From the NCBI GenBank assembly GCA_963699755.1, contig CAVOVB010000002.1:320001-384000 (forward strand): a stretch of DNA of 64,000 nt. Direction: 5' to 3'. The first letter of the stretch is position 1. Every line of letters begins with the position of its first letter. This document shows, piece by piece, positions 1-9,414 of this stretch. This DNA comes from an uncultured delta proteobacterium. GTDB taxonomy: Bacteria; Myxococcota_A; Polyangia; Polyangiales; Houyiibacteriaceae. A model generated the notes under the pieces. That model searched no databases. It was not told the DNA's origin and saw only the letters and a list, made by a program, of their open reading frames with translations. Made by a program: the position numbers and the translations under genes.

Positions 1-379
1 CCAGGTCGAACATCGCGCCGGCCCCGAACCAGTGATCGGGGTCACCATTGCCCCAGAGCGCGCCGAGTGCGCCGCCCACAGTTCTCATGTTCTGTTCCAC
101 TGAGGCGATCGTCCGGCTCCCGAAGCGGGCAAACCCTTCACCGGTGATATGGAGACACTTGTCCGTAGGTCTCCAGACCGCTCCGGCAGCGAAGCCGATC
201 AACGCGGCGTCGGCATTCGGATAGATCCGAGTGCTCGAGAAGAGGTCGACGAAGAGCCGAGGCGCTTCTCTCTGATTGCACGCGACCTCGGCCAACGCGG
301 GCTGTGCAAGGGGCAGAAGCAAGATCACGAGAAGCCCAGCAAGCGATCGGCGAAGGAGAGCTCCAGATGATTCGTTCAT
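1..379 (-). pseudogene. Probable frameshifted exported beta-strand-rich protein, running off the window start
   Basis: ATG at 379 overlaps the upstream stop (ATGA), but that frame stops early. A signal-like stretch and beta-strand-like text (RIYPNADAALIGFAAGAVWRP...DHWFGAGAMFDL) lie in another frame. Confidence 0.3.
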
Positions 380-1083
380 GACTCTCGCTCCAGGTGCAGC
401 TTGACCGGGGCGGTGTGCTCGAACGCCAACTTGCCTTGCCATCTTCGAATGAAGAAGAAAGCGATGGCGACGCCAGCTACGACGAGCACGATGATCAAGG
501 GGCCGAATCGATCCCAGGGCCAGCTCGCAATCGGATGCACGGCCAGCCAGGCGTTGATCTGCGTGCCGAGCAGAGTCATGAGCGCCGTGAAAGGGACGAC
601 TCCCAACATCGTCCCGACCAAGAAGGCGCCAACTCTCACGCGCGACACGCCGAGCGCAAACTGCAAGGTCGGCGCAGTGTAGAAAAGGAGTCGGAGAAGC
701 AGCACCGTCCTCAATCCACGCGTGGCCAAACGCTCATCCAATCGACGAATGCCAGGTGGAAGGCGTCGCTGGACCCAAACGCGTCCGGCGAAGCGAGCGA
801 ATCCAAATGCGGCAATCGACGCTGCGACGGTGCCCGCCCAGCTGAGAGCGAACGCGGTCACCGGCGCCCAAACCAGCGGGGCGCTCAGCAGAAATAAAAC
901 GCTTCGCACTCCGAGGGGCTGCAAAACGCAGTAGGAAAGAACGAACATCAAGCCGCCCCAGGCTCCTGCATCCAGCAGCCATCCTCGCATCCCCTCGGGG
1001 TCGAGCGCCGGGCGAACGCCGCCGGCGTAGAGCCAGCCAGCTGCCCCCAACACGACCATGACCAAGGCGATTCGGACGCGCAT
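376..1083 (-). CDS. TVP38/TMEM64 (DedA/VTT domain) membrane protein
   Basis: Hydrophobic 235 aa with AFGFARFAGR, VLLLRL and FLVGTMLGVVP motifs typical of SNARE_assoc/VTT proteins. Confidence 0.85.
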   Translation of the reverse strand: MRVRIALVMVVLGAAGWLYAGGVRPALDPEGMRGWLLDAGAWGGLMFVLSYCVLQPLGVRSVLFLLSAPLVWAPVTAFALSWAGTVAASIAAFGFARFAGRVWVQRRLPPGIRRLDERLATRGLRTVLLLRLLFYTAPTLQFALGVSRVRVGAFLVGTMLGVVPFTALMTLLGTQINAWLAVHPIASWPWDRFGPLIIVLVVAGVAIAFFFIRRWQGKLAFEHTAPVKLHLERES

Positions 1084-1090
1084 CCAAGCC

Positions 1091-1354
1091 TCAGGGCTCC
1101 GTTGTCGCTCGGCGTAGCTGCTGGAGCAAGCGCGCCATCACGTCGAGCCCTGCTTTCGGACCGTGCTCGGACTCTTTGCGAAGCGCTACAAGCATCGAAC
1201 CGAAGTTTTGGCCGAATCGTTCGCAATTGGGGCAGCCAAGAAGGTGCCCCTCGACCTTCTCGACGGTCGATTCGTCGAGCTCGCCATCCACGTACTCGCT
1301 CAGGAGCTCCAGGACTTCGAAACAACGAAGGCCACCGACATCACGTTCGATCAT
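1091..1354 (-). CDS. zf-HC2 anti-sigma factor
   Basis: C...LLSEYVDGEL...HLLGCPNC (HxxxCxxC); directly downstream of the ECF sigma gene. Confidence 0.85.
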   Translation of the reverse strand: MIERDVGGLRCFEVLELLSEYVDGELDESTVEKVEGHLLGCPNCERFGQNFGSMLVALRKESEHGPKAGLDVMARLLQQLRRATTEP

Positions 1355-1961
1355 TGCGGGCTCCTTCCCCGTCACGTGGGTTCCCAGCGGAGCTGGCGCG
1401 AAGCGCTGCGGCAAGCCGTAACCGCGCCCGGTGCAAACGACTCTTGAGTGCCCGCTCGCCTATGCCCAGAACCTCCGCTGCTTCCGGCCCGCGCAATCCT
1501 TCGACATCCCTCAAAATCACAACCTCTCGGTCGATGGGTTGCAGCACTTGGAGAGCGCGCACCAGAGTCTCTCTACGCTCTGCTGCGATGGCGAGAGCCT
1601 CCGGGTTGTCGCTTCCCCAGCCGGCCTCGAGACCGAGTGTCATCAGCGGTTCCTCCATGAGTTGCTCCTGGCCGTGCTTCGTCCGAAGCCGGTAGGCCGC
1701 GTTGCGGGCGATGCTGAGCAGCCAGGTTCGAACCGAAGCCTCACCGCGAAAGCTGGCCGCGTTTCGGTATGCGGATAGAAACGTCTGCTGCAGGGCATCT
1801 TCAGCGCTCACGGGGTCATCGGTGACGATGGTCGCCAGGCGGAGAACCGCCGCCGCGTGACGCTCGACGAGAGATTCGAACGCGCGGCGGTCTCCTGCGG
1901 CGGTTTGCGCAACGAGGTCACGGTCAGAGCTCAGGTCGTCTTGCTTGCGTCGATCGGGCAT
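1341..1961 (-). CDS. ECF RNA polymerase sigma-70 factor
   Basis: GDRRAFESLVERH, AEDALQQTF, FRGEASVRTWLLSIARN, EAAEVLGI...KSRLHRAR. Start codon uncertain (1961 or 1994). Confidence 0.9.
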   Translation of the reverse strand: MPDRRKQDDLSSDRDLVAQTAAGDRRAFESLVERHAAAVLRLATIVTDDPVSAEDALQQTFLSAYRNAASFRGEASVRTWLLSIARNAAYRLRTKHGQEQLMEEPLMTLGLEAGWGSDNPEALAIAAERRETLVRALQVLQPIDREVVILRDVEGLRGPEAAEVLGIGERALKSRLHRARLRLAAALRASSAGNPRDGEGARNDRT

Positions 1962-2146
1962 GTCGAGATGCCGAAAATCCTGTAGAGCGGGCAACTACCC
2001 ACCAAGCCGGTGATCAGCGGCACGAGCCCGACCCAACCCCAGGGTGTCTGTGGCCCGATCCATACCAGCGACAGGAGACCTATCCCAAGGATTACCCGGA
2101 TCACGCGATCGGCTATGTGTTCGTTTCGAGGGAAAATTGCACTCAT
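1931..2146 (-). CDS. DUF2892 (YgaP-like) small membrane protein
   Basis: NEHIADRVIRVILG...GLVPLITGLVGSCPLYRIFGISTC; AAGGAG RBS before ATG 2146. Confidence 0.85.
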   Translation of the reverse strand: MSAIFPRNEHIADRVIRVILGIGLLSLVWIGPQTPWGWVGLVPLITGLVGSCPLYRIFGISTCPIDASKTT

Positions 2147-2258
2147 GGCTAGACTCCTTTTCACAGACCCCGGCTGCGGCGTTCATTCGCCAGCCTCCTT
2201 GGGGACAGGAGTAGAGAGCCGCCCCAGGCCCAAAAGGATTCGGGCATTCGGACGAATT

Positions 2259-2309
2259 CGACCCAGGTTGAGCAGGGCGCGACCCAGGTTGAGCAGGGCA
2301 GAGCAGGGC
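2259..2309. repeat. Short tandem duplication (CGACCCAGGTTGAGCAGGGC x2 plus a partial copy)
   Basis: Identical 20-mers at 2259-2278 and 2280-2299, followed by GAGCAGGGC. Confidence 0.8.
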
Positions 2310-2409
2310 GGAGCGGAATCGCCCCCCCCGAAGCCCCGAAAAGGTTCAAACTGGGGACAATTTTAGCTTGCAGCAATACCGAGCTGCCCCTGTTGTCGAT
2401 AGCGAAGAG

Positions 2410-2425
2410 GAAAATCGTTTTCAAT
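2410..2425. promoter_or_regulatory. Fur-box-like palindrome GAAAATCGTTTTCAAT
   Basis: AT-rich near-palindrome resembling the TTGAAAATnATTTTCAA Fur site of deltaproteobacterial lineages; upstream of the FMN-binding gene remnant. Confidence 0.45.
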
Positions 2426-2519
2426 AGAGCGACCTCCTGCTCGCACTCACGGCTTTGGGGTCCGGCATGGCGGCGAACGGGCACGCTCAGGTGTGCTTCA
2501 GCCTCCGGGGTCTGCTTGC

Positions 2520-2850
2520 CGAGCAGTTTCATCGGTCCGAGCTGGTCGACGGATACGCGCTCTTCGATCGAGAGATCGGCCAGCACGAGTACATCGACTT
2601 TGCCACTTTCTTCGATGGCGAGGGCCGCGTGACGCGGGTCGAGGTCGTCGCGTATCGCGAACCCTACGGCGAAGCGATTCGCTCCAAGCGCTTCCGCAAT
2701 TAGTTCGTAGGCAAGCAGGCGGCTAGTGGATTCAAGCCTGGACACGACATCGACATCATTTCCGGCGCGACGCTTTCTGCGCGTGCAATGGCCAACGCCG
2801 TAGAGCGCGCGACCTTGCTCTTACGTGACACCGCGCTGAGCTCGTCGTAA
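2520..2850 (+). pseudogene. FMN-binding (RnfG/NqrC-type FMN_bind) protein, 5'-truncated with internal TAG
   Basis: ...VEVVAYREPYGEAIRSKRFRN*FVGKQ...DIDIISGATLSARA. The SGAT flavinylation motif lies after the TAG at 2701, in frame to TAA at 2848. Confidence 0.75.
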
Positions 2851-2858
2851 CTCGAGCC

Positions 2859-3407
2859 ATGCAGGACTTCACTCGACCTTCCGGCAGGCTGCCAGCCCTA
2901 CCTCTCTGCGCGCGTGCCGTCTACACGGTGTTTCTGGTGTTCACCCTCATCGGCTTGGCGCTTACGCTCTTTCTGACGCACGACGTGGTCGGGATCGGCC
3001 TCAGCCGTGCCGGTGAATACTAAGCGGGCGAAGCCGCGCCCGTGGAAGAGGCTGCGCTCGACGGAGGCCCCGCGCTGCTCCTTCCCCCGGAAGGCGAGAA
3101 CTTGGCCGCATTCGAACCCATGCCGCGCAGAAAGCTGCTGGAAATCACCCACTTTCACCTGTTCTCGATGCCGGTTTATCTTTTGATCCTCGGTCACATG
3201 TACATGCTTTCCCGTTCCCGAAAAGCGGCGAAGGCCGCATGGGTCGCGATTGGCTCCTTTGGCACCCTGCTCCACATTGCGGCGCCCTGGCTCGTCGCAC
3301 ATGGCTGCGCGGGCGCCGTCGCAGGCCATGCCCTGTCAGGCCTGCTCCTTCTCGTCAGCTACGTCGTGATGAGCCTGGTTCCGCTTTGGGAGATGTGGCG
3401 GCGCTAG
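2859..3407 (+). pseudogene. Membrane protein with internal TAA at 3021
   Basis: The ATG 2859 frame (MQDFTRPSGRL...VYTVFLVFTLIGL) continues past TAC-TAA into ORF 3042..3407 (LLEITHFHLFSMP). Confidence 0.65.
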
Positions 3408-3438
3408 GCACGGACGCCCGACGTGCTAAGAAGCCGCG

Positions 3439-3795
3439 GTGGCTGAAAACGGCAAGTCGGGGAAGCGCGTCGTTGCAGTGCTGCTAGCACTCGTGCTCGG
3501 CGCAGGCCTGGTCGCCTGGCTCGGCGCGGCGAGGCTCGAGAAGAACAACCGAGCCCTTCAGGAAGCCAGGAGCACCTCCGTCTTGAGCGAAGGAGTGCTT
3601 TACCGGGCGGAAGCGGGCGAGCCTGGCGTCGTGATCGCCACAGACGTCGGCTCTGGCAAGGAGCTCTGGCGTGCCGAGCTCGGCGAGGTCATCAGCAAAC
3701 CGGCGGTCACGGTCCATGAAGAGGTGATTGAAGTGCAGATCGCCGGAACCCCTTGGATGAGCCTCGACCGCTCGACCGGCGAGCCCTTGGACTGA
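3439..3795 (+). CDS. Small membrane-anchored protein with a PQQ-like repeat
   Basis: N-terminal TM helix; ATDVGSGKELWRAEL and LDRSTGE motifs. Confidence 0.6.
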   Translation: MAENGKSGKRVVAVLLALVLGAGLVAWLGAARLEKNNRALQEARSTSVLSEGVLYRAEAGEPGVVIATDVGSGKELWRAELGEVISKPAVTVHEEVIEVQIAGTPWMSLDRSTGEPLD

Positions 3796-4062
3796 TGAGC
3801 GACGCCCCTGCCGAGATTCTCGAAGGGGGCCGACGCGATCACGACCTACACCTTTGGAACACACACAGCCCGGCATCATTTCTGCAGCCACTGCGGGATC
3901 CACTCGTACTACCGGCCGCGCTCTCATCCTCACCAGGTCGATGTCAACGTGCGTTGCCTCGATGGTGTCGAGCTCTCCGACTTTGCGTTTACCGCATTCG
4001 ATGGTCAGAACTGGGAACACAGCGTCGCAGAGCTACGAGCGCATGAGCGCAATCGTCAGTGA
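3795..4062 (+). pseudogene. GFA/CENP-V family protein, internally deleted and frameshifted
   Basis: Frame not in the ORF track: TTYTFGTHTARHHFCSHCGIHSYYRPRSHP...VNVRCLD...FDGQNWE. The N-terminal CxCG/CxCxxC part is missing and ATG 3795 is out of frame. Confidence 0.8.
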
Positions 4063-5420
4063 AGCTCGATCGACTGCCAGCGGCCACGCTTCCACATGAG
4101 TGAAAAGGTGAGCGACTGAAGCGAGCGGTAGATCACCTGAAGGGCGAATACCACGACGAGTCCTAGACCCATCACCGGACCGAACAGAGAGACGAGCGGC
4201 AGGAAGATCAACCACTGAAAGCCGGTGGCGACGAACATCACGCGCTTGACGTCCCCGACTCCCATCAAGGCGTTCATCAGAACCATCCCGATGGCATCGA
4301 TGAACAGAAACGCTGCCACGAGGCGGAGCGGGTATTCGGCGAGCGCGAGCGTCGACGGCTCATGAATGAAGCCGCTTAAGATCCATTCGGGAGCCAAGAG
4401 CGCCGGAAGGCTGAGCCCGCCCACGACGAGGACCGCCATCTTGGTCACATCCCATCCCCACTGTTTGGCATCATCGGGATGACCGCGTCCGAGCGCCTGA
4501 CCAGCAAGCGAAGCCGCCGCGAGCCCGAAGCCGATGCCAGGCAGGATACCGACGAGGATCAAGTCGATGATCACCTTGGTGGCTGCGAGCTCCGGGGTAC
4601 CGATGCGAGCGACGAGCATGAGGAACACCGTCATCCCTGCAGCGAAGAAGAATTGCTGCAGGCCTGCGGGAGCTGCGAGACGCGTGATGGTCTTCATGGT
4701 GTCACGGCTCGGTAACCCCTGAAGAAAACCCGCTTCGCGCGCATAGCCGCGACCGAGCAGGAAATAGGAAGCCGTTCCAAACACGGTGGCGACAGCTGAG
4801 GCTACGCCAGCGCCCATCGCGCCAAGCGCGGGCGCGCCGAGGTTCCCGAAGATCAGTACCCAGTTCAGGAAGACATTGACCAGGTGCATCGTCATCAGAG
4901 TCCGCATGTAGAGGATCGACTTGTCGACCGCGTTCCAGTAGCCGCGGAAGGCGAAGTTCATCCCCATCGCGAACATCGCGAAGAGGCGCGCACGGAGATA
5001 GGGTACGCCTTGCTCGACGACAGCGGGGTCGTTCGTGAGCACCGGGAAGTAATCAGGCGCAAGCGCGATCAAGGTGGCCGACCAGGGAACCGCGATGATT
5101 GCCGCAAGCAGCAAGCCCCCGTTGAGCGGGATGGCGGTTTCACCGAGGCGCCCTTCCCCGACGCGACGTGCCGCCATCGCCTGAACCCCCGCGGAAAGGC
5201 CCAAGATGAAAGCAGAGAAGAGAAAGTTCGCGAAGCCACCGAGACCGACACCAGCGAGCGCAGCATCGCCGAGGGTACCGACCATGCCCGTGTCTACGAG
5301 GTTGAGCACGTTCTGCGAAAGCATCCCACCGATGATCGGGAGGGCGAGGCCCAAGATCCGGCGCCGACGCACGGGAGGAACGCCCAAGACGTGCCTCTCC
5401 TCTTGCGCGCCGTCAGCCAC
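4056..5420 (-). CDS. MATE family efflux transporter
   Basis: [40 protein letters not shown]...GAGVAS; about 12 TM segments. Confidence 0.92.
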   Translation of the reverse strand: MADGAQEERHVLGVPPVRRRRILGLALPIIGGMLSQNVLNLVDTGMVGTLGDAALAGVGLGGFANFLFSAFILGLSAGVQAMAARRVGEGRLGETAIPLNGGLLLAAIIAVPWSATLIALAPDYFPVLTNDPAVVEQGVPYLRARLFAMFAMGMNFAFRGYWNAVDKSILYMRTLMTMHLVNVFLNWVLIFGNLGAPALGAMGAGVASAVATVFGTASYFLLGRGYAREAGFLQGLPSRDTMKTITRLAAPAGLQQFFFAAGMTVFLMLVARIGTPELAATKVIIDLILVGILPGIGFGLAAASLAGQALGRGHPDDAKQWGWDVTKMAVLVVGGLSLPALLAPEWILSGFIHEPSTLALAEYPLRLVAAFLFIDAIGMVLMNALMGVGDVKRVMFVATGFQWLIFLPLVSLFGPVMGLGLVVVFALQVIYRSLQSLTFSLMWKRGRWQSIELH

Positions 5421-5455
5421 GGCCCGACTCTAAGACTGCACCGCGATGCGACAAG

Positions 5456-6220
5456 TCAGCGCGGCGCCATGCGAATGGATCCGTCGAGCCGAATGACCTC
5501 GCCATTGAGGTAACTGTTCTCGACGATGTGGCAGGCGAGCGCGCCGAACTCCTCGGGGCGACCAAGCCGGCTCGGGTGCGGAATCGTGGCCGCCAGGGCT
5601 GCACGCATCTGCTCCGGAAGGGAGGCAAGCAAGGGCGTGTCGAAGGTGCCTGGCGCTATCGTCATGACACGAATTTGCGCTTTGGAAAGATCGCGCGCGG
5701 CCGGGAGGGTCAAGCCAACGATGCCGCCCTTCGAGGCTGAGTATGCGACTTGCCCGATCTGACCGTCAAACGCGGCCACCGACGCCGTATTGATCACGAC
5801 GCCTCGCTCGCCGTCTTCGGGCTCGTTTTTTGCCATAGCCGATGCCGCCAGGCGGAGGACGTTGAACGTGCCGATGAGATTGACCGAAACGACCTTCTGA
5901 AAGACTCCGAGATCGTGAGGTGTGCCGTCCTTGCCGATCGTTCGCATGCCGAATCCGATCCCCGCGCAGCTGATCGCCGCGCGGAGCGTACCCATCGACG
6001 TTGCTTGGTCGACCGCAGCCTGCACTTCCTCGGCGTTGCTGACGTCGGCCTGCGCATACGTCGCAGCGTCACCGAGCTCTGCGGCTAGCCTATTTCCGCG
6101 GTCCGCATTCAGGTCGACGATGACCACGCGGGCTCCCTTGCTCACGAGCTTGCGCACCGTCGCCTCGCCCAAGCCAGACGCCCCACCCGTCACCAGTGCT
6201 ACCGAACCGTCAATCTTCAT
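5456..6220 (-). CDS. SDR, 3-hydroxyacyl-CoA dehydrogenase type II (HSD10-like)
   Basis: [40 protein letters not shown]. Confidence 0.92.
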   Translation of the reverse strand: MKIDGSVALVTGGASGLGEATVRKLVSKGARVVIVDLNADRGNRLAAELGDAATYAQADVSNAEEVQAAVDQATSMGTLRAAISCAGIGFGMRTIGKDGTPHDLGVFQKVVSVNLIGTFNVLRLAASAMAKNEPEDGERGVVINTASVAAFDGQIGQVAYSASKGGIVGLTLPAARDLSKAQIRVMTIAPGTFDTPLLASLPEQMRAALAATIPHPSRLGRPEEFGALACHIVENSYLNGEVIRLDGSIRMAPR

Positions 6221-6331
6221 CGAAACCTCCCGGTCGAGATGCTTGGTCTAAGCAGGGGGCCCGTCAAGCAGCTAGCGTGCAGGGCCGCCTGCGGCTAGAA
6301 CCGGGCGCACTCACGCTGGGTAAGGGGACCA

Positions 6332-7759
6332 GTGCTCTTCAATAGCCTCGACTACATTCTGTTCCTGGGGATTGCCGTCGCCGGGTTCTGGCTCTTGGCT
6401 CGCCATGCTCAGGCGCGGATCATCTTCATCTTCGTGCTGTCCTGCCTCTTCTACATGGCATGGCACCCCGCCTATATCGTTCTGATCCTCGGCTCGACCC
6501 TCATCGACTTTGTCGCCGGCCTCCGAATCCACGCCACTGAGAGCACCAAGATCCGGAAGCGCTGGCTGATCGTCAGCCTGGTCTCGAATCTGGGACTGCT
6601 TGGCCTCTTCAAGTATTTCAACTTCGCCTCGCAGGCCACCGCCGACGTCCTGGGGCTCTTTTTCGGCATCGAGATCCCGAACCCGCCGTTCCTCGACATC
6701 CTTCTTCCAGTCGGCATCTCCTTCTATACCTTCCAGACGCTCAGCTACACGATCGACATCTACCGGCGGAAGCTCGCTCCAACCCGCAACTTCTTCGAGT
6801 TCGCTTTCTTCGTCACGTACTTCCCGCAGCTGGTCGCCGGGCCCATCGTTCGCGCGTCCCAGCTGCTGCCACAGCTCCAGCGCAAGATCACGCTGCGGAA
6901 CGATCAGGTCACTCAGGGTCTTTTCCTCATCGCGACCGGCATGGTGAAGAAGATCGCCATCGCCGATTACCTTTCGGTCAATCTCGTTGACCGCGTCTTC
7001 GACCAGCCGGAGCTCTACAGCGGCGCAGAAGTCGTGATCGCTCTCTATGGCTTCACGATGCAGATCTACTGCGACTTCTCGGGCTACACCGACGTCGCAC
7101 GCGGATCGGCGAAGCTCATGGGGCTCGAGCTTCCGGAGAACTTCGACCGACCATATCAGTCCTCGAGTCCTGCGGAGTTCTGGCGCCGCTGGCACATGAC
7201 GCTTTCGACTTGGCTCCGCGACTACTTGTACTTCCCGCTGGGCGGCTCACACACCGGCCCGATCCGGGCGTACTGGAACCTCTGGCTCACCATGTTCCTC
7301 ATCGGTATCTGGCATGGCGCATCCTGGACCTTCGTCGTCTACGCGATTCTGCAATCGATGGCCATGGTGATCCACCGCTTCTTCTACAGGCGATCGGGCC
7401 GCAGTGGCGACACGGTCGACGGGTGGCAACTGCACGCCTTCAAGGTGTTCATGGCGCTGCAATTCGTCGTCTTTTCGAGAATCTTATTCAGAGCGACGAG
7501 CCTTCAGAACGCCGCGGACGTCACGGCGCGCCTCGGCTCCGGAACGTTTTCGGTCGCCCAGATTTCGTTCGGGATCTGGACGATGCTGATCCTGACCTTT
7601 GCCGCACATTACACGCCCAAGCGCTATTTCGAGTCGATCGAGCTCCGCTTCAAGTCGATGCCTGCGCCGGCCCAAGGCGTCGCGCTCGCGATGGTCGGGT
7701 TCGTTTTGAGCGTCGTCGCAACGAGCGAAGTCGTTCCCTACATCTACTTTCAGTTCTAA
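6332..7759 (+). CDS. MBOAT O-acyltransferase (AlgI/PatA/DltB-like)
   Basis: LPVGISFYTFQ, FPQLVAGPI, YCDFSGY, FWRRWHMTLSTWLRDYLY, GIWHGA, YIYFQF. Confidence 0.95.
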   Translation: MLFNSLDYILFLGIAVAGFWLLARHAQARIIFIFVLSCLFYMAWHPAYIVLILGSTLIDFVAGLRIHATESTKIRKRWLIVSLVSNLGLLGLFKYFNFASQATADVLGLFFGIEIPNPPFLDILLPVGISFYTFQTLSYTIDIYRRKLAPTRNFFEFAFFVTYFPQLVAGPIVRASQLLPQLQRKITLRNDQVTQGLFLIATGMVKKIAIADYLSVNLVDRVFDQPELYSGAEVVIALYGFTMQIYCDFSGYTDVARGSAKLMGLELPENFDRPYQSSSPAEFWRRWHMTLSTWLRDYLYFPLGGSHTGPIRAYWNLWLTMFLIGIWHGASWTFVVYAILQSMAMVIHRFFYRRSGRSGDTVDGWQLHAFKVFMALQFVVFSRILFRATSLQNAADVTARLGSGTFSVAQISFGIWTMLILTFAAHYTPKRYFESIELRFKSMPAPAQGVALAMVGFVLSVVATSEVVPYIYFQF

Positions 7760-9414
7760 TGCTCAAACGAATTCACGAAGAGCTCACGCCCTTGCAGCAC
7801 CTGGTGACCGTCGTCGCGTTCATGTTCGCCGCATGCATGCTCACGTACGTCGTCCCCCCGATGGAAGGCTTGCGTCCTTGGGTGCCGGGCGAAGACGACT
7901 TCCCAATCATGAGACTGTTCAAGAGTTGGGGTGAGATCCCAGCCTTCGCCGGGCATGGTGGCTCCTATCGATCGACGGCTGGCACCGCAGCTGGAAGCGA
8001 GCGCCTCGCTGAAGCAGTGGGGGAAACCGTGGCAGCGAACCTCGGCGCCGAGCGCATCGTGGCACCGCCCGTGGGTGCGAGAGACGGCGTCGAGATCGAC
8101 CCGGCAGAGTACGCTGGGATTTCGGTCCGAATCGAAGACCCCAGCGGACGGGGCATGCGTGCGTTCTACGAAGCCCTCGAGAAGACGGCGCGGGCCGACG
8201 GTGGCGCCGTGACGCGTGTGGGACATTACGGCGATTCGAGCATCGCAACCGACCTCATCACGTCGACCGTCCGTGAGAATCTTCAGGCGCGTTTCGGAGA
8301 TGCAGGGCATGGTTTCGTCCTCGCCGCCAAGGGATACATCCCATACAAGCACCGCGGCGTACGCCAATCGTCCAATCCCGAATCCTGGGAGCTTCGCGAA
8401 GTCGTGCGTCGGCAGGATCGCGAGGGCCGCTACGGCTACGGCGGTGTTCAGTCGAGAGCGATGCAGGGCTCTTGGGCTCGAATTGGCACTGCCAAGCGAG
8501 GCGACGTGGGACAGAACGCATCGCGGTTCGACATCTACTATGAGGAACAGCCGCGCGGTGGGAAGTTTTCCGTTCGGCTCGATAGAGGAGATCGCGAAAT
8601 CGTGTCGACGCAAGCTGACGCACTCGGCGATGGTGTCTACTCCATCGCAGCCCCCGACGGGCCGCACAGCATCGAGCTTCGCGACATACGGGGCGGGCCC
8701 GTGAACTTCTACGGCGTCGTGGTCGAGCGCGAGGGGCCCGGCGTGGTGTATGACTCACTCGGCCTCGTCGGCGCGCGCGCCAATCGATTGCTCAACTTCG
8801 ACGAAGAGCACATCCGGCACCAGCTCGAGCTGCGCGGCACCAACCTGCTCGTGCTGGGCTTCGGTGGGAACGAAGCGAGCGACGACCGAACCGAGCAGGC
8901 GTACTACGAGGACTACCTCCAGGTCTTGCGCCTCATGCGACAGGGGCGCGAGGACCTGGGCTGCCTGGTCTTTGCCCCACTGGACCAGGCGCGGCGTACG
9001 CGTGGGCGCATCCGCACTCTTCCGACGATTCCCTTGATCGTAGCAGCCCAGCGACGCGCGGCTTTCGATTCCGGCTGCGCCTTCTTTGACACCTGGACAG
9101 CGATGGGCGGCGAGGATTCGATGCGCCGCTGGTACAAGGCGCAGCCGCGACTCGCGATGGGCGATTTCCGGCACGCAACGCCAGCCGGCTATGAGATCAT
9201 CGGCAACATGCTCTACAAAGCCCTACTCGCGGGCTTTGCAGCTTACCTCTCCGGCGAACCCTCGGCGGCGCCCGCGTCTGCAACGGATTCGTCGAGCGAA
9301 GGCGCAGGAGACGCCGGGGCCTCGACAGGGAGCGCAGCGGACGCCGGTTGGTACTCATTCGACGGGGGCATCCCTTCGAGCAACGCCGAGAGCAAGACCT
9401 CGCCCAAGCGCTGA
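7759..9414 (+). CDS. SGNH/GDSL O-acetyltransferase/esterase (PatB/AlgJ-like)
   Basis: ATG overlaps the MBOAT stop (TAATG); N-terminal TM; YGDS, FGGNE and DFRH catalytic blocks. Confidence 0.8.
   Translation: MLKRIHEELTPLQHLVTVVAFMFAACMLTYVVPPMEGLRPWVPGEDDFPIMRLFKSWGEIPAFAGHGGSYRSTAGTAAGSERLAEAVGETVAANLGAERIVAPPVGARDGVEIDPAEYAGISVRIEDPSGRGMRAFYEALEKTARADGGAVTRVGHYGDSSIATDLITSTVRENLQARFGDAGHGFVLAAKGYIPYKHRGVRQSSNPESWELREVVRRQDREGRYGYGGVQSRAMQGSWARIGTAKRGDVGQNASRFDIYYEEQPRGGKFSVRLDRGDREIVSTQADALGDGVYSIAAPDGPHSIELRDIRGGPVNFYGVVVEREGPGVVYDSLGLVGARANRLLNFDEEHIRHQLELRGTNLLVLGFGGNEASDDRTEQAYYEDYLQVLRLMRQGREDLGCLVFAPLDQARRTRGRIRTLPTIPLIVAAQRRAAFDSGCAFFDTWTAMGGEDSMRRWYKAQPRLAMGDFRHATPAGYEIIGNMLYKALLAGFAAYLSGEPSAAPASATDSSSEGAGDAGASTGSAADAGWYSFDGGIPSSNAESKTSPKR

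Noticed and set aside
2259..2309. CRISPR array
   Set aside because: Only two adjacent copies with a 1-nt gap, no spacers and no cas genes.
2701..3023. Stop-codon recoding (pyrrolysine, selenocysteine or alternative code)
   Set aside because: The two stops differ (TAG, TAA), TAG ends many intact genes in this window, and neighbouring genes are also broken, so decay explains them.
7210..7758. 5' extension of ORF 7210..9414
   Set aside because: It overlaps the MBOAT gene; the TAATG-coupled ATG at 7759 is the credible start.
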